Notes under the pieces: model-generated
The model's input: the letters and a program-made list of their open reading frames with translations, nothing else
Databases searched by the model: none
Told to the model about the DNA's origin: nothing
Part shown: one piece after another, positions 21,541 to 30,761 of the stretch
Layout of the letters: every line of letters begins with the position of its first letter
Position numbering within the stretch: position 1 is the first letter of the stretch
Translations under genes and position numbers: made by a program
Assembly (NCBI GenBank): GCA_038867615.1
Contig: JAWBYA010000002.1
Coordinates: 256,001-320,000 of the forward strand
DNA length: 64,000 nt
Reading direction: 5' to 3'
From: Sulfolobales archaeon
GTDB lineage: Archaea; Thermoproteota; Thermoprotei_A; Sulfolobales; AG1

Positions 21541-21886
21541 CACACCCTCTATTGTTAGATATAATGATGGTTACTGGGCCTCTATTGTTCATGAAAACAG
21601 GTTTACAATAATATCGAGCGATATACCCCCCGTAAGGTGTCCTAGCACTGGTGAATGCTCTCTAGAAGTTGTTGAGCTGGATAGAGAGATCCTGTCTAGG
21701 ATCTCATCGATCCTAGGAATAGGGGTTGAGAAGATCCTCATGCTGTGTGTGAGCCTTATGGGTATCTGCTCTGGCGTAACAATAAAGATCCTGGTCTTGG
21801 GAGAGCCTGGGGAGGTTGTGAAGCTATTCAGCGATAAGAGGGGAGAGGTATTCAGGCTACTGGCTGAGACCTATGGATCCCCGTAG
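21347..21886 (+). CDS. Hypothetical protein; probably only the part after ~21550 is real
   Basis: Fills the gap between the Zn-finger gene and the Nudix gene and overlaps the Nudix start; start uncertain. Confidence 0.45.
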   Translation: MLRGMVVGEPIDVLYVLQPSWLGMQRSISALDALRPGMLGSAVLVLGEHIIGAPTVEQISGSISSTPSIVRYNDGYWASIVHENRFTIISSDIPPVRCPSTGECSLEVVELDREILSRISSILGIGVEKILMLCVSLMGICSGVTIKILVLGEPGEVVKLFSDKRGEVFRLLAETYGSP

Positions 21887-22421
21887 CCCTATCGACACAA
21901 TACTCGAGGCGATCGATCAAGATAGCTCGGGGGACTGCCTATACCGAGACTACGATGCCGCAGTAGCAATTATATACGAGGCTCCAAGCGATACCCTCAT
22001 ACTAATAGAGAGGATCGAGAGGGAAGGAGATCCCTGGTCAGGCCACATAGCATTCCCAGGAGGCTTTAGAAGAGCAGGCGAGAATAGCTATGAGACAGCT
22101 GTTAGAGAGGCTATGGAGGAGATCCATGCCGACCTCGAGAGAGAGATCCATTTGGGGAGCATGGGCATATGGATCACAAGGGGATCGGTAAGAGTCGTAC
22201 CCCACCTATTCCTTGCAAGAGAACCCCTCAAAACCTCTCCCGGAAGCGAGATCAAAAGGATCCTTAGAATCAGGATCACAGACCTAACCGAAATACCATG
22301 CCCAGAATCCATCCGAGTACCACCATGCCTCCACGCACCCACCTGCGGTAATAAAGTTATATGGGGGCTGACGGCAAGAATATTGGCGAAGTTGATGAAG
22401 CACGAGCGATCTGAGAGGTGA
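21873..22421 (+). CDS. Nudix hydrolase, CoA pyrophosphatase type
   Basis: DPWSGHIAFPGG, Nudix box ETAVREAMEE, IWGLT. Confidence 0.9.
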   Translation: MDPRSPIDTILEAIDQDSSGDCLYRDYDAAVAIIYEAPSDTLILIERIEREGDPWSGHIAFPGGFRRAGENSYETAVREAMEEIHADLEREIHLGSMGIWITRGSVRVVPHLFLAREPLKTSPGSEIKRILRIRITDLTEIPCPESIRVPPCLHAPTCGNKVIWGLTARILAKLMKHERSER

Positions 22422-22424
22422 TGT

Positions 22425-22661
22425 CGCCGGCAACTGATCATGGTTTACTGTTTACAAGAAACGATATTAAGTTCGTAGCTCTGCAAGAACATAGGCTCTA
22501 TGTATTTATGGTAGAGCTGGGGCGAGTTTTTCCACAGCATTGAGTCAGCGAGTATCTATGAAGAGAGGCTGTGGGTTGGGGTTTCTCTGGACGAGTGGAG
22601 GCCGAGGAAGACGAGGAAAAGCGGTTGGTACAAAAATACCAAACCGCAATGAAGCTCGATC
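22425..22661 (+). mobile_element. Dispersed element, copy B (left end decayed)
   Basis: CCACAGCATTGAGTCAGCGAGTATCTATGAAGAGAGGCTGTGGGTTGGGG nearly identical to the reverse complement of copy C; ends ATGAAGCTCGATC. Confidence 0.8.
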
Positions 22662-22708
22662 CTAGCAACTGATCCCCCATATTAACCATTGATGGGTACA
22701 AATGGGTA

Positions 22709-23965
22709 ATGGGTGTTTTTTATATTTTACCACACGTTAAACAAAATAGATGGTGTTTCATGGTAAAGAAAGGTAGCGCTAGACTGGGTTCTGAGATGAT
22801 AACGATTGCCCAGTACTTAATAGATACTGCATATTTTGATGAGATGAAAAACCTGGCACTGGGTATTGGTAAGCACTATGTAGCCCTCGACATGGTTGTG
22901 AGGAGAGTAATTGAGAGAGACTTTCTGGGAATGGGGTTCAGCCCCTATCTAATGAACCTGGATAGATATACTATTGTAGCAACACTCAAAGAGGTACCAA
23001 AAAGCGGGGAGGAGTTCTGGAAAATAGTGTCATCACTACCATATAACGTCTGGCTAAGATACGCGGGGATCCAGCATATACCTAAAAAGACCCTCATAAT
23101 AACGTACATAATACCGGCCAGAAGCTCTATAGATAGTGTTGTGTCCCTCCTCGAAAAACACCCCGCACTAGATCCCAAGAAGGGTATAGAGGTCTATAGA
23201 TTCAGGCATACATTTTACACAAAGCCAAGGAGATTCAGCAGCTACTTCAACAAAGGGGTCTTGATGACCATGAGCAGTGCAAAGAACCTCATAGCCAAAG
23301 AACTAGAGGTGAGAGAACCCGTAGAATCTACAGAGTTTGTGAGGAGAAGAAAAGATCCTATAGATCTATTAGATGTGATAATAATGTCATACCTAGAAGC
23401 AAAATACCTAGTAACACCTGTATGGACATATAGAAAAATTGGTGCTCTAAAATTCCACGAGGAAGTGCTTGAGAAGCACTTCAAGAGACATATAAAGGAT
23501 AGATACTACCTAGGAGTTTATCTAAAGAGACCACCAAACCCAGGGGTAGTTAACACGGTGTTGATAGCTGTGATCAGTGGGAGAGACGCCATAGGACTAG
23601 CATACAGACTAACCAGAACACCATATGCGGCTGCAACCTGCGATCGCGGTAAGAGGAATAAATGCCTTCTCCAGTTCTTCTGCAGAGAAGAAGATCTAGC
23701 AGTAATAACAGAGATCCTGAACACCTATAACATCGATATAGAGAAATACATATTCACATTTCGAGGAACAGGTTCTCCAAGCTTCCATGATAAAAGGACA
23801 CTATCCTTCGCAGCTTATGATGAGAGCTCGAAGAGATGGTTTGGGCTTGATGAGGCTGTTGAGATGGCGCCAAGGATTGTTCCAAGTATAATTAAGAAGT
23901 ATTTTAAACCGGAAAGGATCCCGAGGGAACTTATTCCTCCATGGATGCAGGAGGAATCAAAATAG
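22709..23965 (+). CDS. Hypothetical 418-aa protein, possibly a tandem Lrp/AsnC-like regulator
   Basis: Long ORF; internal DLLDVIIMSYLE resembles an Lrp wHTH helix 1; likely start ATG 22760. Confidence 0.55.
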   Translation: MGVFYILPHVKQNRWCFMVKKGSARLGSEMITIAQYLIDTAYFDEMKNLALGIGKHYVALDMVVRRVIERDFLGMGFSPYLMNLDRYTIVATLKEVPKSGEEFWKIVSSLPYNVWLRYAGIQHIPKKTLIITYIIPARSSIDSVVSLLEKHPALDPKKGIEVYRFRHTFYTKPRRFSSYFNKGVLMTMSSAKNLIAKELEVREPVESTEFVRRRKDPIDLLDVIIMSYLEAKYLVTPVWTYRKIGALKFHEEVLEKHFKRHIKDRYYLGVYLKRPPNPGVVNTVLIAVISGRDAIGLAYRLTRTPYAAATCDRGKRNKCLLQFFCREEDLAVITEILNTYNIDIEKYIFTFRGTGSPSFHDKRTLSFAAYDESSKRWFGLDEAVEMAPRIVPSIIKKYFKPERIPRELIPPWMQEESK

Positions 23966-24123
23966 TATAGTTCTCGTTGCTTAAAACACGACCCAGTTAT
24001 TAGGGTCGCTGAACTGCTTTATCCTGTACATTTTCTCTACGCTCTTAACTCTTTTTGAAACAACTACTTTTTCTATTTCTATTACTTTCATCTATATCAC
24101 CGTAGCTGTGGGTTAGATTTTTG

Positions 24124-24600
24124 TTAGTGTTCAAGTGTGCTGTGTGTAGGGGGGTTATTTGTGTTCTTGACCTTCTTCACTATCTTGATTTCCTCTATTG
24201 CTGTTTGTGGGTATTGTCCTTCTTCGTCTTTCTCGTATTCTTTAACCATGTCCCATATTGTTATTAGTGTTGTTGCTATTGCTGTTAGTGCTTCTATCTC
24301 TACTCCTGTTTTGTATGTTGTTTTTACTCTTGCTCTTGCTTCTATCTCTGTCTCTCCGATCTCTATGTCTATGTTTACTGAGGTTAGTGGTATTGGGTGT
24401 GTTAGTGGTATTATCTCTGGCGTTCTTTTTGCTGCCAGTATTCCTGCTGTTTTTGCTATCGCTACCACGTCTCCTTTTCTTATCTCTCCCCTCTTTATTC
24501 TCTCTATGGTTTCTCTCCTCAGCTTTATCCTCCCCACTGCTTCTGCTTCTCTATAGACCTCTGTCTTGGCTGTTATGTCAACCATGCTCATTCTACTCAC
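24124..24600 (-). CDS. moaC: Cyclic pyranopterin monophosphate synthase
   Basis: MVDITAK, KGDV, AAKRTPEIIPLTHP, TGVEIEAL, IWDMVK. Confidence 0.95.
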   Translation of the reverse strand: MSRMSMVDITAKTEVYREAEAVGRIKLRRETIERIKRGEIRKGDVVAIAKTAGILAAKRTPEIIPLTHPIPLTSVNIDIEIGETEIEARARVKTTYKTGVEIEALTAIATTLITIWDMVKEYEKDEEGQYPQTAIEEIKIVKKVKNTNNPPTHSTLEH

Positions 24601-24871
24601 CTGGTTCTACCGATTCTATTAGGCTTTTCAGGAGCCTTACCCTTATATTACTCCACACGACCCTATATATTCTCATCCTCCCTATGCTTATCTCCTCAAC
24701 CATTCCTAGTCTTGAGAGCTCCTCTAGGTATCTCCTAGCCACGCTGTGGTGAACCCCTGTCTCCCTCGAGATCCTTGTTATATTCGACTCACCAACCGTT
24801 AATAGGTGTCTCAGGATCCTCACCCTAGCCCTGCTTCCAAGGATCTCTTCAAGCTCGCTGCCCCTTACCAC
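24593..24871 (-). CDS. ArsR-like winged-helix protein
   Basis: LGSRARVRIL...NITRISRETG...LEEL..G pattern; overlaps cdc6 and moaC. Confidence 0.8.
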   Translation of the reverse strand: MVRGSELEEILGSRARVRILRHLLTVGESNITRISRETGVHHSVARRYLEELSRLGMVEEISIGRMRIYRVVWSNIRVRLLKSLIESVEPGE

Positions 24872-26072
24872 CGAGCCTCACCTTTATTAGCTCGTCAACC
24901 CTCTTCTCAAGCGGGTCTAGGGGAGCGCCTCCGATCCCTATCATTGTTGTCCTCCCCCTCATACCCTTACCACTAGGCTTGGCCTCAACAATACCCATTC
25001 TCCTCATATTAACAACATACTCGTATAGCTGTGTATGCCTCCTAGGCTTCTCATCATAGAGCCTACATATATCCCTATACTCGTTCTCAACAGAACCCAT
25101 GGTTACATATGGTGCTTGGGATCTCCTGAGGCTTCTTATAAGCGCCTTGAGGACTAGGAGCTCGTGAAGGCTTAGGTATTGCAGAGAGTCCGAGATTGTA
25201 ACAACATCCGGTGCTACATAACCCCTAGCCCTCCTAACATGCTCGACACTAACAACCTGGGATCCCTCGGAATCCGCTGCCTCACCAGCTAGGAGGAGGG
25301 TCTCTATAGCGGCCCTGGCATTCCCAGAACCGCCTTTATCGCTTCCCTCGAGATCCGCTATATAGCCTATAACATCATCCCCAACAGTCCCTGGGTGGAA
25401 GGCCTCATCCCTCCTCTGGCGCAGTATATCCCTAAGCTCTCTAGACCTATATGGCTCGAAGCTAACTATATATCTCGTAACATAGCTATATGTTGCCGAA
25501 TCCACTTTAGAGAGACCCGAGAGGCTCCTCATAATCAATATATAGTTGATCCTCTTGGTGAGCTCGGGATGCTCATCATAAACCCTCATCAGAAAGTAGA
25601 CAGCATCACTCCCAGCAGCGTCTACGAAATAATCGAACTCGTCGAGGACTATTAGGAGAAACGATCTCTGCCTATCTATGTATTGATGAACATAGCCAAA
25701 GATCTCATGGGGTGAGAAACCCCTCTGGGATATGGGTACATCAGCCTGCCTAGCAATCTCGGATACAACCTCATAGAGCGTTCTATCCCTGTGACAGTTT
25801 ATATGGACATACCTAACATCGACACCCCTCCTCCTAGCTATAGACCTGAGCTCCGTACCAAAAACCCTGGTAGTAACAGTCTTCCCAGTCCCCACGCCGC
25901 CTACAACGACGGCCTTTATACTAGCCTCGCCCGGATTGACTATAAGGGGTTTGAAGATCTCGGCGAGCCTTCTCAACTGATTCTCTCTATGGGGTAGGCT
26001 TGGGGGTACATATTCAGGGTAGAGAGCCTCTTTCCTCCTAAATACGGAGGGCTTTATAAAAGCCTCCTCCAT
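24849..26072 (-). CDS. cdc6: Orc1/Cdc6 family protein, Cdc6-2 (Orc1-2) type
   Basis: YVPPSLPHRE, GGVGTGKT, VHINC, LDEFD, GNARAAI, C-terminal wHTH GMRGRT. Confidence 0.92.
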   Translation of the reverse strand: MEEAFIKPSVFRRKEALYPEYVPPSLPHRENQLRRLAEIFKPLIVNPGEASIKAVVVGGVGTGKTVTTRVFGTELRSIARRRGVDVRYVHINCHRDRTLYEVVSEIARQADVPISQRGFSPHEIFGYVHQYIDRQRSFLLIVLDEFDYFVDAAGSDAVYFLMRVYDEHPELTKRINYILIMRSLSGLSKVDSATYSYVTRYIVSFEPYRSRELRDILRQRRDEAFHPGTVGDDVIGYIADLEGSDKGGSGNARAAIETLLLAGEAADSEGSQVVSVEHVRRARGYVAPDVVTISDSLQYLSLHELLVLKALIRSLRRSQAPYVTMGSVENEYRDICRLYDEKPRRHTQLYEYVVNMRRMGIVEAKPSGKGMRGRTTMIGIGGAPLDPLEKRVDELIKVRLGGKGQRA

Positions 26073-26321
26073 TATTCTCCTTGCACTCTCCAGAGAAGCC
26101 CCTTATAGAGGATCGTACTGAGGTATATATTCTACATGGGTGGCCAAAACTTTCATTCACGATATGCTATGTATTACCATGGCTCGTAATATAGCGAGCC
26201 CAGTCGATCCTGAGTGGAGGCTAAGCAGCACCTCGAAGTAATACGAACACCCATATAGATCTATGTATACTTTTGTGCACAAAAGAGTTTTTAGGCAGCA
26301 TATCTGATTATAAAGGGAGCC

Positions 26322-26906
26322 TTGTCAACCCCCAAGAGATTCGTACCGGTTTCTGAAAGCATATTGAGAGAGGCTATGAGGATCTCTGAGAGAAGTGGCG
26401 TGCCTGTCAGAGACCTCGTAGAAAAGATCCTAGATACTGTCGTTGGTTATATGAGGTACAAACCAGACCTCCTAGAAGCAATCCACATGCTCGACGCGCT
26501 AGAGGATCTCAGAAGGATAGGGTGTGTGATGCTCCCACAAAGCATTGTGAAAAAGATCCTAGAGGCAGCGCCTGAGAGCGATTTTAGAGAGATAGTAGAG
26601 GAACTGGGTAAAGCAGCAGCATGGTATGGTGTTGTTGCCAAGGCTAAGAGAGGAGCCAATATAGATGATATCCAGGTGGCGCTCCAGATATGGTTACCAA
26701 ACATAGATATACATATAACCAAGATTGAGAATAACCCCGGAAAGTTTAAGCTGGTTATATCACCTCCCCTCAACATATCCTCAGAGAGACTCTCAGCGAT
26801 CCTAGAGACTATTGTGAAGAACATTGTAGCCTCGATGGGGGGTAGCATATCGAGCATATCAAACTCAAGCGGCGTTATATCGATGGTGATAAGCATTGCC
26901 GAGTAG
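26322..26906 (+). CDS. Ribbon-helix-helix protein with uncharacterised C-terminal domain
   Basis: KRFVPVSESILREAMRISERSGVPVRDLVEKIL fits an RHH pattern. Confidence 0.6.
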   Translation: MSTPKRFVPVSESILREAMRISERSGVPVRDLVEKILDTVVGYMRYKPDLLEAIHMLDALEDLRRIGCVMLPQSIVKKILEAAPESDFREIVEELGKAAAWYGVVAKAKRGANIDDIQVALQIWLPNIDIHITKIENNPGKFKLVISPPLNISSERLSAILETIVKNIVASMGGSISSISNSSGVISMVISIAE

Positions 26907-27456
26907 GAGAACCGTTGGGCTTGACAGAGATCTTATGGAAAAGCTGAAAGAAGTGACGAGAAAAAGAGGCATGGGCCTGTCACCATATCTTAGGAAGCTT
27001 TTATCAGAAGCAATAGAGCTCGAGAGACTTGGTTACTACGCTCCAAGGGCCCTTAAGGAGAAAAGGATCCAGGTTCTTTTGGAGATGTTTAACTTCTACT
27101 ATGTACCCTCCGATATAAATGTCAACAAGGACCCCAGGGCCTATGGGAGGAGACTGGGAGAGGCTATGAAGGAGATAGGGGGCGATGTATACTCAGTAAT
27201 AGAGTATCTAGGGCTTATGCATAAAATAGCTATCGCGCATGATGATAGGATAACTATAGTCAACACTGGAGGAATCGGAGAGGGAAACGCGCAGAAAACA
27301 ATAATAGCAGAGATCTTGAAAGGCATGGCTGAAGGCTCAGGACTGCCGATCGAAGAGCGCGGGGCGACAGCAATTATAGAGATGCCGAAAGAGCTTAAAG
27401 AGGAGCTGAGGAGAAAAGCCCAGAATGAGATCGAGAGGCAGAGGGGGAGGAGGTAA
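26896..27456 (+). CDS. Ribbon-helix-helix (CopG-like) protein with uncharacterised C-terminal domain
   Basis: RRTVGLDRDLMEKLKEVTRKRGMGLSPYLRKLLSEAIE. Confidence 0.7.
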   Translation: MPSRRTVGLDRDLMEKLKEVTRKRGMGLSPYLRKLLSEAIELERLGYYAPRALKEKRIQVLLEMFNFYYVPSDINVNKDPRAYGRRLGEAMKEIGGDVYSVIEYLGLMHKIAIAHDDRITIVNTGGIGEGNAQKTIIAEILKGMAEGSGLPIEERGATAIIEMPKELKEELRRKAQNEIERQRGRR

Positions 27457-27515
27457 TATCAATAACATCGAGCCGGGTTTAAAAAATAAGAAGATATAGA
27501 GACCATGAGATCCTC

Positions 27516-30077
27516 CTATCTAGCGTAGAGCGCGTTGAAGAACAGCTTAAACGTACCATGGGTCTGGGCCCTGAATATTGGTCTGAAGCCATAGAGCAGA
27601 GCCCTACCCTTGCCAACCCTAGCCTCTATAAGGGCTGGCTTCCTGCTAAGGATATTCTCTCCTATGAGCCACCCGCTCCTCAGTATATCCCTCTCTGGAT
27701 AGGTTACAACAGATACGTAGTCCTCGTTATTATGGGATGGTATGACCTCTAGCACGGGTTTGTCGACAAGCATTATATAGGCTATCCTCGGCATTCCATA
27801 GCCCAGTGGATGCTCCATATTCACGACTGCTCTGAGCATAGATCCTGGGCAGAAGAACTGCCTCGTATCAGTTATCTCCTCAGTCAAATCTCTTACCGCG
27901 AGACCTAGACCCTTGTAGGCAAGCTCCACAGCGCTGCCCATCATTATTATCTCACCACCGCTCTCTACAAACTCCTTAAGCCTCTGGATCCCCTCCTTAC
28001 CAAAACCACTCCTATACTCCGGCGGGTAGGGTGGGAGCTTGAATGGCCTCTTTAACCTCTTGCTCATCTCCTCCTCTATATTCTCGCCAACCATCATTGG
28101 GAGGGTATCGTCGGGGAATACTATGGTGTCTACATACTCTCTCAGCTTTCCACTCTTTATAACATCATCCCTTATGATCGTGTATTGATAGCCGTAGTTG
28201 TCGAGAACATATCTAGTCCAGCCCTCCTCCATGTTGCCTCCATAGTATCTCTGATAGATACCTATCCTCAGCATCTTTACCTCGTAGTGGTTTGGATAGC
28301 TTGCGAGGAGATCCCTGTTAACAGCTATTGGCTGAACACCGACCTGTGAGGCAGCCTCTAACAGGAGATCGTATGTGTTTCCAGAATCCTCAACATAGAA
28401 TGCACCTGGGGGTATCTCCACACCACCAGCCTCGATCCCATCCCTAAACCTCCAGATCTTCACACCAGCAGCCAAGAGCCTATTAACAACTCTGTAGGAG
28501 TCGTTAAGCCTTGGATCTATAACATATCCATGAGCCTTCTCAAGCCTCACCGCCGGCGGGGCTACCGATGATATCTGGGCAATCTTAGCGCTGATGGGCT
28601 CTGTGACCTCTATAACCGTAACACCCATGAAATCAGCAACAGTATCTGTAGCTATGTCATAAGGCCTCACGGGCTTGCCATCCTTATCCCTCGTGACATC
28701 TATATCTGGGTATAGGTATCTCTCAAGAAGCCTCTTAGCCAGAGGCCTCCTCGGCTGTGAGAGTGGGACTAGATAGCTACCCTCGGGATATATTACAGAT
28801 CCGGCTTTAATTGGCTCAAGCACCCTATAGATCTTCACGCCGAGCTTTAGCAAGAGATCTATAAGCTTCAGAGTCGTTAGAGGATCATGCCCACCCTCCG
28901 GTATTATGAAGCCATATGGAGGCTCTCTAAGACCTCTCTCAATATTCCTCAAAGCCTTTAGATAAGCGTTTCTCAGAAACATCTCTCTATTGATTGCCAC
29001 TGCATAGAGGATTGCTATCGATGATAAGAGCTGCTGCCTAACAATATCGCTAAGCCTCCACCACCCACCTGGCCATGGGTTCGGGTAGTTCATATAAGGT
29101 CTATCGGCAAACCTACCCCTCCCATAACCCCTTAGCTGGTGTGGATGTATATAGATCGGTGTTGCTATCTTCGCCGAAGCAGACTCAGTAAGGATCCCAA
29201 CTATATTCATGAAATAAGCTATGGTCTGGAAGGCCGAGACAAAGTCGGGCGTGAAGGGTGCTCCTGTCTCAACACCCCTTATACCCTCCATCTCAAGCCT
29301 TGTAGCAGCATATGTTCCGAGGAACTGTGTCTCCCTCCAAGTTATTGGGTCGACGTCTGGGTATATGGGATCCATCTCTGGTGAGAGGAAGAACCTCGCT
29401 CCATAGCTACCCATGTGGTGGTGATCTATATATACCTGGGGACACCAATCGTGGTAGGCTATCTTTGCAAAGAACCTGCTCTCGACAAGGTTGAGCATAT
29501 AGGCGTCTCTATTATTATCATGCCCACAGTATGTGTGGTAGAGCCATGGTAGCGGTGTCCCCTCATACTCTGTCCCTAGGTATTTATTATAGTAATCAAC
29601 AACCATAACCTGCCCGTCTGGGTTGAAGGACGGGAATAGTATCACAACAACGTTCTCAAGGATCTTGAGGGTCTCTTCATCGTTGGAAGAGGCTAGCCTA
29701 TAGAGGAGCTCAATACTAGTCTGGGTACCCCCAACCTCTGTGGCATGGATACTGTTGGTTATAACAACAACAGCCCTCCCCTCACTAACGAGCTTCTCAA
29801 GCTCCTCTCTTTCCAGGGGTTTATCAGGGTTAGCAAGTTTGCATGAGATCTCCCTTATCCTCTCCAGCCTCTCCATATTCTCAGGCGATGATATGAAGGC
29901 AACTATAAAGCTATTACCCCCCGGGGTCTTGCCCATCTCTATAACCTTAACCCTGTTGCTCTCAGAAGCTACCTTATAGTAGTACTCAACAATCCTATCC
30001 CATCTAGCAAGCTTTCTATCCTCGCCTATCTTGAAGCCGAAGAACTCTTCAGGTCTCGTTACCAAACAAAACACCAT
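27516..30077 (-). CDS. M14 zinc carboxypeptidase with C-terminal GATase-like domain
   Basis: IHATE, NPDG, DNNRD, DHHHMG; EGWTR and FVESGG in the C domain. Confidence 0.88.
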   Translation of the reverse strand: MVFCLVTRPEEFFGFKIGEDRKLARWDRIVEYYYKVASESNRVKVIEMGKTPGGNSFIVAFISSPENMERLERIREISCKLANPDKPLEREELEKLVSEGRAVVVITNSIHATEVGGTQTSIELLYRLASSNDEETLKILENVVVILFPSFNPDGQVMVVDYYNKYLGTEYEGTPLPWLYHTYCGHDNNRDAYMLNLVESRFFAKIAYHDWCPQVYIDHHHMGSYGARFFLSPEMDPIYPDVDPITWRETQFLGTYAATRLEMEGIRGVETGAPFTPDFVSAFQTIAYFMNIVGILTESASAKIATPIYIHPHQLRGYGRGRFADRPYMNYPNPWPGGWWRLSDIVRQQLLSSIAILYAVAINREMFLRNAYLKALRNIERGLREPPYGFIIPEGGHDPLTTLKLIDLLLKLGVKIYRVLEPIKAGSVIYPEGSYLVPLSQPRRPLAKRLLERYLYPDIDVTRDKDGKPVRPYDIATDTVADFMGVTVIEVTEPISAKIAQISSVAPPAVRLEKAHGYVIDPRLNDSYRVVNRLLAAGVKIWRFRDGIEAGGVEIPPGAFYVEDSGNTYDLLLEAASQVGVQPIAVNRDLLASYPNHYEVKMLRIGIYQRYYGGNMEEGWTRYVLDNYGYQYTIIRDDVIKSGKLREYVDTIVFPDDTLPMMVGENIEEEMSKRLKRPFKLPPYPPEYRSGFGKEGIQRLKEFVESGGEIIMMGSAVELAYKGLGLAVRDLTEEITDTRQFFCPGSMLRAVVNMEHPLGYGMPRIAYIMLVDKPVLEVIPSHNNEDYVSVVTYPERDILRSGWLIGENILSRKPALIEARVGKGRALLYGFRPIFRAQTHGTFKLFFNALYAR

Positions 30078-30461
30078 GGTGTTGTACTATAGTTAAGATA
30101 TATCCTTACCTCTAGATCTTTAGCATCATCATAGATAAACAGGAATAGAAAGCCGGCTAGCGACGCATTACAGATCATAGAGACCTATCGATAATCACTA
30201 GACAGACCCACAGCTCTACAACAATGCTTCATAGCCCATACCAGACTCTAATAGCTATACAGACATAGCCGTTGAAGCACCATCATAATGACCTAGAAGC
30301 TAGAACTATACTCAGAGAGCAGAGTGCATCGTTAATAAACCGTTAACTCATATATTCCGCTAAACCTTAGCAATGCTACAACGCTACAGGCTCGATTCCG
30401 TGGGGATCGGGGTAACGTCCAAGAAACAATAGTTACCAAAGAACCATCTGATTTTGGAGAC

Positions 30462-30716
30462 TCATTTCTCAAGCCCTGTACCTACTCTTTTATAGTTGAG
30501 GTTAACGGCCTTCGTATCTTCGCCTATGCTTTCGACGTTGACAAAGCCGTTTATCTCAAGGTATAGTAGGAGTGATACGAACTCCTTGTATGACATATCA
30601 TAGCTCTTCCTCAAATGCTCATACAGCTCTCTATCCTTCATCGCCCCTCCTCTCTCTAGCAAGAGCTCTATAGCCCTTCTAGCAACAAGGTGTTTTGAGA
30701 ACACCAAAGACCCCAC
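30462..30716 (-). CDS. Small winged-helix protein downstream of cdc48
   Basis: MKDRELYEHL...LLYLEINGFVNV. Confidence 0.7.
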   Translation of the reverse strand: MGSLVFSKHLVARRAIELLLERGGAMKDRELYEHLRKSYDMSYKEFVSLLLYLEINGFVNVESIGEDTKAVNLNYKRVGTGLEK

Positions 30717-30761
30717 CCCGGAGTCACATTACTTCTTAAACAATAAACTGTGTGTTGGTTT

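Noticed and set aside
24137-24752. Leu/Ser-rich plus-strand ORFs
   Set aside because: Antisense shadows of the A-rich moaC and wHTH genes
26073-26321. Replication origin next to cdc6
   Set aside because: No repeated ORB boxes or clear AT-rich unwinding element; the protein looks like the Orc1-2 type
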